Assembly (NCBI RefSeq): GCF_003945235.1 | Contig: NZ_RSDW01000001.1 | Coordinates: 5,010,001 to 5,042,000, forward strand | Reading direction: 5' to 3' | DNA length: 32,000 nucleotides | Source of the DNA: Edaphobacter aggregans | Lineage (GTDB): Bacteria > Acidobacteriota > Terriglobia > Terriglobales > Acidobacteriaceae | Shown: positions 10,353 to 19,244 of the stretch, piece after piece | How the letters are laid out: each line of letters opens with the position of its first letter | Numbering within the stretch: the stretch's first letter is position 1 | Translations under genes and position numbers: made by a program | The notes under the pieces: model-generated | Told to the model about the DNA's origin: nothing | Database searches by the model: none | What the model saw: the letters and a program-made list of their open reading frames with translations, nothing else

Positions 10353-11282
10353 ATGCCAAGAAGCCGTCGCTACCTAATTCCGAGCACTGGCGAGTCATAC
10401 ACCGCCGCGAAGGTCAAGAAACTCTCGATCGAACAGCAGACGGAAGTCATGCGCCACTGGTTTGAGGATCGATATATTGCTCCGGATGAGCTGCCCTACG
10501 ATTCCGGTGAGGGTGGGATTCAGTGGATTGGGAGCGGCCCTTATAACGCCGACCAGCAGCTTCGTCAGGAGTTTGATGAGGTCGCCTCTGGCGAGGCGAT
10601 TGCCAAACTATCTTCCGATTTAGGCGACTTACACTACGAGTGGGCTAAAAGGCCTGACGCCAGCGAGTACGACACGGAGGAAATGTCTGATTGGATCGCC
10701 AGCGTCGATCCCTTTTTTGCTTTAATGACGGGCTTGAGCGACATCGAGGAAACAACCAAACGGAAACGCACTGTCCGAGATGGCAAGATCCTTCACCGGC
10801 TACTTTTCGCAAATGTTGTCACTTCGCTCGAAACATATTTGGGTGACGCGTTTACGAAGGTGCTTCTCTCCCGAGAAGATCTGCTCTTTCACTTTTACCG
10901 AACGAACCAGCGTTTCCGAGAATTCGACCCGCAGCCACCGGACACAGAGCCGACCGAACAACATATGAGGACTATTGTTGAGAATTTCATGGCTTGGAAC
11001 ATCTGGCACCGCATGACGCGAACCGCAAGAGTCTACAAAGATGCTTTGGGTATCGAGCTCCCCGCAGACCTCGGCATCATAGGGCCTGCGATAGGCTTCC
11101 GGCACGATATAGTGCACCGCAACGGGAAATCTGCAGCAGGCGTGGTGGGAACGTGGGGCATCGCCGAAATTCTGGCCCTCACGGAGGCCGTGTCAGGGTT
11201 GGCGACCGATATCCAGAAGAAGATCGACAAGCTATCGCCAAAGGTGAGCACAATCGACGATGGCGGCTTTGTCCAAATCTGA
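10353..11282 (+). CDS. HEPN-like domain protein (C-terminal Rx4H motif)
   Basis: FRHDIVHRNG: the R codon is at 11100-11102 and the H codon at 11115-11117. Upstream helices (SLETYLGDAFTKVLL) resemble RiboL-PSP / MAE_28990-type HEPN families. The N-terminal ~150 aa are unassigned. The RBS is weak, so the start is uncertain. Confidence 0.5.
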   Translation: MPRSRRYLIPSTGESYTAAKVKKLSIEQQTEVMRHWFEDRYIAPDELPYDSGEGGIQWIGSGPYNADQQLRQEFDEVASGEAIAKLSSDLGDLHYEWAKRPDASEYDTEEMSDWIASVDPFFALMTGLSDIEETTKRKRTVRDGKILHRLLFANVVTSLETYLGDAFTKVLLSREDLLFHFYRTNQRFREFDPQPPDTEPTEQHMRTIVENFMAWNIWHRMTRTARVYKDALGIELPADLGIIGPAIGFRHDIVHRNGKSAAGVVGTWGIAEILALTEAVSGLATDIQKKIDKLSPKVSTIDDGGFVQI

Positions 11283-11818
11283 ACATGACTGTGGGAAATG
11301 GCCCGTCGTTGACCACCGGATAGAAAGCCTAGCCGTGACAGTCGTCGAAGAGTCGAAGCAGAGTGTTCAGGAGAATTGCCATGCGATGGCACAACAATAG
11401 ACGAACAATTATGGCAGACAGCGATTACATGGCAGAGTGGTCCCAGACCGAATCAAGTAGATTGTTCCTTGAGTATGGGCTGGAAGAAGTGATTTCAGTG
11501 CGTCGGGACTTCGTAACGAAGACGGCAAAAATCTGAGAGATGCCATAATGACGGATCTGATTGGACGTGCGGCGGTCCGTTGCTGCGCCGGATATCCAGC
11601 GGCGTTTGATTGGAGAATTTCGAGTTCCTCAAGACAAGCACCATACGTGGCCTCGAAAGAGACGGCTTCACGATCGATGACGGGACGCCGCGGCCAAGGT
11701 TGCAACGGGCGACTGATCTTCCAGCAGCTGACAGCGAAGTCCATGTGCTCTTAGACCTCTATCCAGATCGCCTCGGGTGACGACCGGCAGCGAGCTCCCG
11801 CCGAATCCGACCGAGTCC

Positions 11819-11854
11819 CAATCGAATCACTGAATCCGCCGAGTGATTCGATTG
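11819..11854. repeat. perfect 13-bp inverted repeat (hairpin) with a 10-nt loop
   Basis: CAATCGAATCACT (11819-11831) and AGTGATTCGATTG (11842-11854) are exact reverse complements. No T-run on either side. Confidence 0.8.
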
Positions 11855-12111
11855 AAGACGTCGAACAGGGAACGCCGGCCCAACAGGAACCCCTCTAAGT
11901 ATGACCACAGTCTCTGCATGCCAGAATGTCTTCTGACATCTGACAACCGCTACTGGATGGGCGAGCGGGATCGCCTAAAAAAGCACGACCGTCCATTGAG
12001 CATCAGGTCACTGGTCGCGGGATTTGACCGAATTTTTACACTGACATACAAACCAAGTCGCCCTGGGATGGGAACAACCAACCCAGCTATGTCGAGAAAG
12101 GAGGCCCTGAT

Positions 12112-14949
12112 ATGGCCACTAACACCGTAGCGTCCGCGGGAATATCTGTGAAACGCGTTGTGAGCAAAGAGGGCATTGATCCCTTCGATGCCGTGATCTG
12201 GGAAAAACGCGAGGCACGCATCGACGACGCCAAGGGCAATAGCGTATTTCGGCAGGAGGACGCGCGGGTTCCGGCAAACTGGTCGCAAACAGCCCTGAAT
12301 ATCGTAGCCTCAAAGTACTTCCACGGCAGGATCGGCACCGAAGAGCGCGAGAAGGGTGTCGACGAGCTCATCCCCCGCGTTGTCTCCACCATTCGGGCGG
12401 CCGGGGAACAGCAGGGCTATTTCTCATCCTTGGAAACGGCCGATAGCTTCCAGGCCGAATTGACGATGCTCCTACTCGGCCAGTACGCGTCCTTCAACTC
12501 GCCGGTGTGGTTCAACGTAGGCTGCCATACGCTTGAACCCGAGAACAAGGCAAAGAGCTGGCATTGGGACGCGGCGCGGGAAACAGTCATTCAGGCAGCC
12601 GCAGGGTATAGCAAGCCACAGTGCTCGGCCTGCTTTATCAATTCTGTCGACGACTCAATGGAATCGATTCTTGATCTCGCCAAGACCGAGGGGATACTGT
12701 TCAAGGGGGGCTCGGGAACGGGAACTAACTTCTCGGCCATCCGCGCCTCAATGGAAAGCCTGTCAGCAGGAGGAACTGCCTCAGGACCGCTTTCTTTCAT
12801 GCGTGGGTATGACGCCTTCGCCGGCGTGATCAAATCGGGCGGAAAGACCCGCCGTGCGGCGAAGATGGCGATTCTTGATGCCGACCACCCCGACATCGAG
12901 GACTTCATCCACTGCAAGAGCAGGGAAGAGAAGAAGGCCCAGGCCCTAATCGCTTCCGGTTACGACGGCAACGGTCCCGACTCTGAAGCCTACGCCTCGA
13001 TTTTCTACCAAAACGCCAATAACTCGGTCCGCGTGACCGATGAGTTTATGCGCAAAGCGGAAGAAGGTGGTGAATGGGCTCTCACCGGCCGCATCGACGG
13101 CAAGCCGGTCAAAACCGTCCGGGCACGCTCGCTGCTGTGGTCGATAGCAGAAGAGACGTGGCGGTGCGGTGATCCCGGGATGCAGTTCGATACGACCATT
13201 AATGCGTGGCATACTTGCCCGCGGTCCGGTCGCATTGCCGCCTCCAATCCGTGCTCGGAGTATATGTTCCTCGACGACTCTGCCTGCAACCTGGCTTCGC
13301 TCAACCTGCTTCGCTTCGTCACCGACGAAGCATTCAACATAGCCTTGTTCCAGCATGCGGTACGCGTGCTCATTATCGCCCAGGACATCCTGGTCGATAT
13401 GGCGGGATATCCGACCGAATCCATTGCCATCCACTCCCACGACTACCGACCGCTGGGTCTGGGATATGCGAATCTCGGAGCGTTGTTGATGAGCCTCGGG
13501 CTCGCCTATGATTCTCCCGAAGGCCGGGATATGGCTGCGGCCATTACCTCGCTGATGGGCGGAACCGCATACAGAACATCAGCACAGGTGGCAGCGATGA
13601 CATCGGAGTTGACGGCTGCAGACCCGGAGTTGAAGGACACGCAGAGCGGCGCGTTTCCCGGCTATGAGCGGAATCGAGAACCATTCCTCGATGTGATCCG
13701 CAAACACCGCGAGGCCGCGGAGGCGATGGTTCTCACCGCAACTTCGGTGGCTCTGACGCTGCGGGAGACGGCCGTTAGCTGCTGGCAGGAGGCAGAACGC
13801 TTTGGCGAGCAGCACGGCTTTCGCAATGCGCAGGTCACGGTCCTGGCCCCGACTGGCACGATCGGATTCATGATGGATTGCGACACCACGGGCATTGAAC
13901 CTATGCTCGGTGTAGTCATCTTCAAGAAGATGGTGGGCGGCGGATATCTCACCCTGGTCAACCAGACGGTCTCGAACGCCTTGAACCGGCTAGGTTACTC
14001 ACAAGAGGAGATCGAGGTGATCAGGGAGTATATCGAAGAGAACAACATGATCGAGGGCGCGCCGGGACTTCACGAGGAGCACCTGCAAGTGTTTGATTGC
14101 GCATTCCGACCATCCAAGGGCAAACGTTCGATCGGCTGGAGCGGTCATATCGACATGATGGCGGCGGTGCAGCCCTTCCTGTCTGGGGCGATCTCGAAGA
14201 CGGTAAATCTGCCGTCTGAGGCAACCGTCTCTGATGTCGCAGAGGCATACCTGTCTGCCTGGCGCAAGGGACTGAAGGCGGTCGCAATCTATCGCGACGG
14301 CTCGAAGACCTCCCAGCCAGTCAGCGCGTCCGCTTCGGCTGTCAAAACGAGTGTCACGTCGACGTCTCCGGCCGACCTTTCAGGCCCTCCGGCGGCGAAC
14401 CGTCACCGTTTGCAGGACGAACGCTCGGCCATCAACCATCACTTCTCCATCGCGGGTCACGAAGGCTACCTGACTGTCGGACTTTACCCCAATGGGCAGC
14501 CGGGCGAGATCTTCGTGCGCATGGCCAAAGCAGGTTCGACGATTGCTGGCCTTATGGAATGCTTTGGTACGGTGGTGTCTGTCGGCCTGCAACACGGAGT
14601 GCCGCTCAAGGTCCTGTGCGACAAACTCTCCCACACCCGGTTCGAGCCCTCCGGCTGGACCGGCAATGAGGAGATGGGCTACGCCAAATCCATCATGGAC
14701 TACCTCTTCCGCTGGATGGAGCTGCGCTTCCTGTCAGGACCGCAGCTGCCTCTGTTCGCCACGAAAGAGGCGGCCAGCGGGAATGCCGACAGGGTGCCAA
14801 ACCACACCCCTGACGGCATCTCCCACTTCCTCCACGATGCGTACGAGGTAGGCGATGCGCCGCTGTGCTCAACTTGCGGCTCACTTATGGTTCGTAACGG
14901 TAGCTGCTACAAGTGCGCAAATTGCGGCGGTACTAGCGGATGTTCTTGA
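12112..14949 (+). CDS. nrdJ: class II (adenosylcobalamin-dependent) ribonucleoside-diphosphate/triphosphate reductase
   Basis: 945 aa. Typical RNR core segments: NPCSEYMFLDDSACNLASLNL, VLAPTGTIGFMMDCDTTGIEP, SKTVNLP. C-terminal CxxC...CxxC zinc ribbon (CSTCGSLMVRNGSCYKCANCG). GGAGG RBS before the ATG. Confidence 0.95.
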   Translation: MATNTVASAGISVKRVVSKEGIDPFDAVIWEKREARIDDAKGNSVFRQEDARVPANWSQTALNIVASKYFHGRIGTEEREKGVDELIPRVVSTIRAAGEQQGYFSSLETADSFQAELTMLLLGQYASFNSPVWFNVGCHTLEPENKAKSWHWDAARETVIQAAAGYSKPQCSACFINSVDDSMESILDLAKTEGILFKGGSGTGTNFSAIRASMESLSAGGTASGPLSFMRGYDAFAGVIKSGGKTRRAAKMAILDADHPDIEDFIHCKSREEKKAQALIASGYDGNGPDSEAYASIFYQNANNSVRVTDEFMRKAEEGGEWALTGRIDGKPVKTVRARSLLWSIAEETWRCGDPGMQFDTTINAWHTCPRSGRIAASNPCSEYMFLDDSACNLASLNLLRFVTDEAFNIALFQHAVRVLIIAQDILVDMAGYPTESIAIHSHDYRPLGLGYANLGALLMSLGLAYDSPEGRDMAAAITSLMGGTAYRTSAQVAAMTSELTAADPELKDTQSGAFPGYERNREPFLDVIRKHREAAEAMVLTATSVALTLRETAVSCWQEAERFGEQHGFRNAQVTVLAPTGTIGFMMDCDTTGIEPMLGVVIFKKMVGGGYLTLVNQTVSNALNRLGYSQEEIEVIREYIEENNMIEGAPGLHEEHLQVFDCAFRPSKGKRSIGWSGHIDMMAAVQPFLSGAISKTVNLPSEATVSDVAEAYLSAWRKGLKAVAIYRDGSKTSQPVSASASAVKTSVTSTSPADLSGPPAANRHRLQDERSAINHHFSIAGHEGYLTVGLYPNGQPGEIFVRMAKAGSTIAGLMECFGTVVSVGLQHGVPLKVLCDKLSHTRFEPSGWTGNEEMGYAKSIMDYLFRWMELRFLSGPQLPLFATKEAASGNADRVPNHTPDGISHFLHDAYEVGDAPLCSTCGSLMVRNGSCYKCANCGGTSGCS

Positions 14950-14973
14950 TTCGATCGTGGCTTATAAGCCATA

Positions 14974-15010
14974 GGCCCACTCATTTCGGCGATTGAGTGG
15001 GCCTGTTTTA
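14974..15010 (+). terminator. rho-independent terminator after nrdJ
   Basis: 10-bp perfect stem GGCCCACTCA (14974-14983) / TGAGTGGGCC (14994-15003) followed by TGTTTTA. It sits between convergent genes. Confidence 0.75.
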
Positions 15011-15062
15011 CGTGTTCCCACTTAGGGGTTGCCCCTGGTCTCTATAAGCTCTGCTGATAAGT

Positions 15063-16565
15063 TCAGCAATCATTGTCCGAGGGTCTGTGTGCGGGCCTCT
15101 GTAGCTCCGCAAGAAGACGCGCCGCCCTTTCGGTGGCTCGGCTAAGGCCACGCTCCGCCGCCAAAAAACCAATTGCTGCGTGAGGATCGGGAATGTCTAG
15201 TAGAGCGAGAGCATGCTCGGCGACAAGCTCCTCAAAGGCAGTGCGCGAGGTCATCAATTCCCGAAACGTTGGGTTGTCAACCCTTGCAATCGCAGCCCGA
15301 CTCTCTAATGTGTCTTCGTCAAGGTCGAGCACGTTGGCTTCGATTCGAGTTGCTCCCCACAGTCTCCATGATTCTGAATCGCTATTTACAGTGGCGCGCA
15401 TTGTTTTTTCGCTTGCCAGAACCCTATCCGGATAACTCGGCTGTTGAGTATTCATTTCATTGGAGGCCAAAGCTCTCACCCATAGAGAATCGCTCTTTTT
15501 TCGTTCTGACAGCTTGCAAGCCATGAACCAAAGCAGCTCGCTCTCGAATTCTTGACGATTGACGGCAACATAGTCTGCTCGATTCTCAGCAATGCTCACA
15601 ATCATGGTACTCACGGCGGCTCGTGGATTAATTACATTCAAGAGCCTAAGTGCTTCCTCAGCTATGATCACCTCGAATGCAGCACGATGCACTAGCAAAT
15701 TGTGGTTGTCGATGGGCGAGCTCTTCGAAACATTTTCCAAGCTAGGCTCGTCCTCTGGATCGAGCACATAATCCTCAATCCGAGTCGCTCCCCATTTTCG
15801 CCAGCTCTTAATTTGTGCAGTCACTAACGTGTTGAGGCGTAATTCTTCCGCTCGTTTTGTCAGCGATTCGCGATATCGTAGAGCGAATTCCACGTTTTCC
15901 GGTTTTCTGAGATGTTCGGACCAAGCGCTGGTATTCTTGGACGGATCGTCTAAATGGGCCACAATAAAATCGGTAAGTCTCTTGGCTCTAATGTCGCAGA
16001 GGGCGTTGACACACTGGTCGACTGCTGAGGCATCGGTAACTCCGAGAAAGGTAAAGGCACGTTGAGCAACGTCCAGCTCTAAATCTACTTTCTGTGCCAC
16101 TAGTTCAAACACAGTTGTAGGTATCTTGCCCACGCTCACCCGGTCTCTCATAGTGTCATAAAAGGCTTCAACATGATTATGAACTCGCTCGGTGAACCAG
16201 AGGCGCCAGCCTTCTGACAGATTGCCGCCTCGAGCTTCTACGACTTTCGCTGCAGCCATCAATTCCACTCGGTAGTTCGCTCTGGCATTCTGAGATACCG
16301 AAGTCGCTAGATATCGAATCCAAAGATTATCGCTCGATGCTCCTTCGTTGAGTCGCTCAGCCACATAGTCGATCGTAACCTTCGACTGAGCAGATTCCTG
16401 CTTCCAGAATTGGTGGAGCTTGAACCATCCATACGCTTTCCAGCCTGCAAATAAGGCAACTGTTATTACAAGAGCCTTCACTAATCCAACAAGTATCGCG
16501 AGAAGCACGAAGACGACGAGTAACGACCAGTAGAGTCGGGTTTTAATCTTCGATTCAACGCCCAT
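15063..16565 (-). CDS. membrane-anchored protein built from ~140-145-aa internal repeats (unknown function)
   Basis: Strong GGAGGG RBS. N-terminal hydrophobic stretch LYWSLLVVFVLLAILVGLVKALVITVALFAGW. The recurring signature SD(N/S)LW(I/V)R.LA ... (S/G)WR(L/K)W(G/F)(A/T)(T/E)R(I/V) is encoded near 16182-16210, 15774-15803 and 15340-15372. Confidence 0.7.
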   Translation of the reverse strand: MGVESKIKTRLYWSLLVVFVLLAILVGLVKALVITVALFAGWKAYGWFKLHQFWKQESAQSKVTIDYVAERLNEGASSDNLWIRYLATSVSQNARANYRVELMAAAKVVEARGGNLSEGWRLWFTERVHNHVEAFYDTMRDRVSVGKIPTTVFELVAQKVDLELDVAQRAFTFLGVTDASAVDQCVNALCDIRAKRLTDFIVAHLDDPSKNTSAWSEHLRKPENVEFALRYRESLTKRAEELRLNTLVTAQIKSWRKWGATRIEDYVLDPEDEPSLENVSKSSPIDNHNLLVHRAAFEVIIAEEALRLLNVINPRAAVSTMIVSIAENRADYVAVNRQEFESELLWFMACKLSERKKSDSLWVRALASNEMNTQQPSYPDRVLASEKTMRATVNSDSESWRLWGATRIEANVLDLDEDTLESRAAIARVDNPTFRELMTSRTAFEELVAEHALALLDIPDPHAAIGFLAAERGLSRATERAARLLAELQRPAHRPSDNDC

Positions 16566-16879
16566 CGTTAGCCCTCCGCAATCATGGACTGGAGAACTCG
16601 TAGCTATAAATTGGGATTTTAGACCTTTAGCTTTCCGGTCGGGTAGTTTTCTGGACGGTGGTCAGCGGCACGCTTGAAGCGAGATCAGCGCGCTGTTTAA
16701 CTTGTTAGGGCTCCCCATTCGATCAACTCTGTGCTGCCCGTCGAAAAGATTGCGTAACGCCAATGATACCGCTCAAGACGCACCCGTATCCAGGGGTGCC
16801 CTGATTGTGCGAAGCCATCCGCATGGTAGGGACATTCAATGTTTGTGCGACGAGGCAGTTGCCCGAGTGCTCAGCGGTA

Positions 16880-17308
16880 TCCGTCTCACCCATTTCAACC
16901 AGAGAGAGGGTCCCCATGTTGACATTACCTTTCGTCGATGTCCTGAAGAACCGGGGCATCAGCGATCTCGATCGCTTTCTTGTCCCGTCCTCCTGGAGTG
17001 ATCTGCCGTCTCCTTTTGACATCGAGGAGATAAAGCCTGCCGTCACACAGATCCTCCATGCAATTCGTTCGCAGCGACCGATCGCCATCGTCGGTGACTC
17101 CGATTGTGATGGTGTTCTCTCAACCGCAATTCTCGAAGCGACGCTACGCAGGCTCGGAGCTCAACCGGCCGTCTACCTTCCTCATCGCGACGAAGGCTAT
17201 GGCCTTAGCAATGAGGTGGTACATCGGTTCTCTATCGATGGCACGGGTCTCCTCATTACCATTGACAACGGAATTAACGCAGCCGGCCCGGTCCGGCTTG
17301 CCCGGCGT
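16880..17308 (+). repeat. left copy of a ~430-bp direct repeat (recJ leader plus 5' coding region)
   Basis: Aligns by eye with 19245-19670. Homology starts at CCGTCTCACCCAT (16881 / 19246) and stops after CGGCG (17307 / 19670). Confidence 0.85.
16916..17308 (+). pseudogene. truncated 5' fragment of a recJ paralogue (first 131 codons)
   Basis: MLTLPFVDVLKNRGISD...NAAGPVRLARR matches the N-terminus of the intact RecJ at 19279 in 117 of 131 residues (manual count). The frame then diverges and stops at 17359. The DHH and DHHA1 motifs are missing. Confidence 0.8.
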
Positions 17309-17448
17309 GCTGTTCGTCATAATGGTTCAGGTGTCTGCGATTGCCAAGCGCACTCGTGAGCGTTTTCCTACCGAGAAGGAACAGGATTACGACTGGTCGC
17401 AGAATGATCCCGCTGGTCATTGGGAAGCGCATAAGGACGATAAGAAGA

Positions 17449-17478
17449 AGCCATCCTAAATCCTCTTCGGTCGCACTC
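17449..17478 (+). repeat. boundary motif copy R1 (AGCCATCCTAAA + CCTC..TCGC)
   Basis: AGCCATCCTAAATCCTCTTCGGTCGCACTC. The TAA inside it terminates the ORF frame ending at 17459. Confidence 0.6.
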
Positions 17479-17530
17479 GCCAGCGGCTAATGCTGGGGCG
17501 AAATGAGATAATTTGGCGGCGGGCGTGACT

Positions 17531-17968
17531 ATGGATGAAAAAGACATTGCCGTTGAAGAGTGGAAACAACTTCAGACCATCATCGGTCGCTTTGACACCC
17601 TTGAATTTCAGATACGAGGTTGGCTCCTGGTCCTGCTTGGCGTTCTCCTTACCGCCTTGTTTTCCGAAAAAGCCCAGCTCAAGCCATCAGCGTTCGGCCT
17701 GATTGGCATGTTTGCGGTAGCTGCATTCTGCTCGATGGAACTGACTACAAGAAGGCCAAAGCGAATCGCGATAATTCGGGCATACGATGTCGAAAAAGCT
17801 ATTAGGCAAAACGCGCAATTCGATAGTCCCCGCATTGCGTACAGCTTTTCGAACAGCCCTAAGGCCACGATTTGGGACATCCTTGCAGAATTCAAAATTG
17901 CCCACGTCTGGACGTTCTATGTGCTGCTGTTTTCTATCATCCTAGCGATTTGGCTCATCCGAAGGTGA
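17531..17968 (+). CDS. small integral membrane protein (145 aa, ~3 TM)
   Basis: First ATG of the ORF is at 17531. Amphipathic N-terminal helix, then hydrophobic segments WLLVLLGVLLTALF, FGLIGMFAVAAFCSM and VWTFYVLLFSIILAIWLI. The overall shape is reminiscent of 2-3TM effector (SLATT-like) proteins, but that is not established. Confidence 0.55.
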   Translation: MDEKDIAVEEWKQLQTIIGRFDTLEFQIRGWLLVLLGVLLTALFSEKAQLKPSAFGLIGMFAVAAFCSMELTTRRPKRIAIIRAYDVEKAIRQNAQFDSPRIAYSFSNSPKATIWDILAEFKIAHVWTFYVLLFSIILAIWLIRR

Positions 17969-17976
17969 TGTCTCCG

Positions 17977-18005
17977 AGCCATCCTAAAGCCTCTCGGTCG
18001 CGCTC
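17977..18005 (+). repeat. boundary motif copy R2
   Basis: AGCCATCCTAAAGCCTCTCGGTCGCGCTC, 9 nt after the stop of the 17531-17968 ORF. Confidence 0.6.
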
Positions 18006-18091
18006 AAGTCGAATGTTCGGGAAGGTGCCGCGATGCAATAGATGCGATGGGCTTGGCCCTCGAATAACAGGTTCCCTGTATCATTCCCGCC

Positions 18092-18928
18092 ATGAAGATC
18101 AGCGACCGTTTTACGGATTATGGCCTTATTGGCGGACTGTTCTGGGTACTTCAGTTCATTATTTGGTTCGCGTGGCGAGACGAGCCTGTTGCACAGGTGT
18201 TTGCGAGTTTCACCGGCCATTTCGACAAAATAACCGGCGCATCCGCGACCCTCGTCGCAGCCATCGGCCTGATCGCAGTGTTTTCTACAGGGTTATTCAT
18301 AAATGTTGCAGGGGTAGTGATTTTCCGAAGGTATGAGACATTTGCTTTCAGAGATAACCTGAACCGAAATTTGCACTGGCTGAAGCCTTTCTTGGACGCG
18401 AACTCACTCTACGTTCGTGATGACCTGCGGCGAATAGTAGCCCCGCTAGGGTATGAAAAACGTAGAGCTATCGACAACAAGATCGCAACGTCCGAAGGCC
18501 AAAACGAACGAAAGGGCATCTTTGAGTATTCAGCTGCTGCCCGAGATGCTTATGTCAGACTGGATTCGTTTTTGCTCTCATACGTCGCAATCGCAGCGGG
18601 CGCAGACAAGACCAAAATGCACGACGACCGAATAGCTCTCGCAGATTCGGTCCGCGCAGTAGCAGCCGCATTAGTGATTTGGGGTATGGAGATGATTGGT
18701 TTCATCCTCGTCTCCAAGCACACCAGTATTGTTAAGGCCCTCACGGTTCTTTCGATGTGTGCAATGAGCGGCTTGGCGCTCAACGTAGTGATCGGGGCAT
18801 TTCAGCGTGTGTGCAGTACTCTATTCGCTCTTGTGTATGTGATCTACGAGAGGGATCATCCTGAACTCAAGCCAGGCAGCGTTACAACTGTCAAACCGCC
18901 CTCAGAGGGAATCCTCAAGCCATCCTAA
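18092..18928 (+). CDS. integral membrane protein (278 aa, ~5 TM), unknown function
   Basis: ATG start. Hydrophobic segments GLIGGLFWVLQFIIWFAW, LVAAIGLIAVFSTGLFINVAGVVIF, VAAALVIWGMEMIGFILV and LTVLSMCAMSGLALNVVIGAF. The stop lies inside motif copy R3. Confidence 0.65.
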   Translation: MKISDRFTDYGLIGGLFWVLQFIIWFAWRDEPVAQVFASFTGHFDKITGASATLVAAIGLIAVFSTGLFINVAGVVIFRRYETFAFRDNLNRNLHWLKPFLDANSLYVRDDLRRIVAPLGYEKRRAIDNKIATSEGQNERKGIFEYSAAARDAYVRLDSFLLSYVAIAAGADKTKMHDDRIALADSVRAVAAALVIWGMEMIGFILVSKHTSIVKALTVLSMCAMSGLALNVVIGAFQRVCSTLFALVYVIYERDHPELKPGSVTTVKPPSEGILKPS

Positions 18929-18951
18929 AACCTCGTTCCCTCGCTACGCTC
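18918..18951 (+). repeat. boundary motif copy R3
   Basis: AGCCATCCTAAAACCTCGTTCCCTCGCTACGCTC. The TAA at 18926-18928 is the stop of the 278-aa ORF. Confidence 0.6.
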
Positions 18952-19054
18952 AACCAAATTCTTACGCTCCGCTTTTTGATTTACCCCATTGACTCCGTCA
19001 AGGGGCAAGCGCCTGCGGCGTAAAAAAAGAATTTCGTTGCCCCTCACTCACATC

Positions 19055-19069
19055 GGTTTTCGGATGGCT
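19055..19069 (-). repeat. inverted partial copy R4 of the boundary motif
   Basis: The reverse complement of GGTTTTCGGATGGCT is AGCCATCCGAAAACC, which matches R3 (AGCCATCCTAAAACC) at 14 of 15 positions. It encloses an inner 8-bp inverted repeat, AGGGGCAA 19001-19008 / TTGCCCCT 19037-19044. Confidence 0.5.
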
Positions 19070-19244
19070 TATTGTTATCAACCGAAGGACTCACCATGGG
19101 GTTACGATCTTTACGGCAACAAACCAAAATCCAAGCGCGGTCAGCACTTCCGGCACAGCTATTGGGGATGGTGGGATTTCGTCGGCGCATGCCATGATTG
19201 GCGTTCTGGCAGATGTGCAGATGCAGGTCATAGGAAGGCGCATA

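Noticed and set aside
11409-11754. 111-aa minus-strand and 41-aa/68-aa plus-strand ORFs after the HEPN gene
   Set aside because: They are mutually antisense, with no RBS or motif to choose between them. Possibly decayed sequence.
11750-12111. Cobalamin riboswitch or NrdR box upstream of nrdJ
   Set aside because: I looked for a B12-box-like element and for the 16-bp NrdR palindrome. TACACTGACATACAAA matches the NrdR consensus poorly, and GGTCACTGG alone is not a riboswitch. Not supported without a covariance-model scan.
17449-19069. Integron attC / CALIN interpretation of the AGCCATCCTAAA motif
   Set aside because: I could not find canonical RYYYAAC / GTTRRRY core sites, and there is no intI gene in the window. 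I keep it as an unexplained boundary motif.
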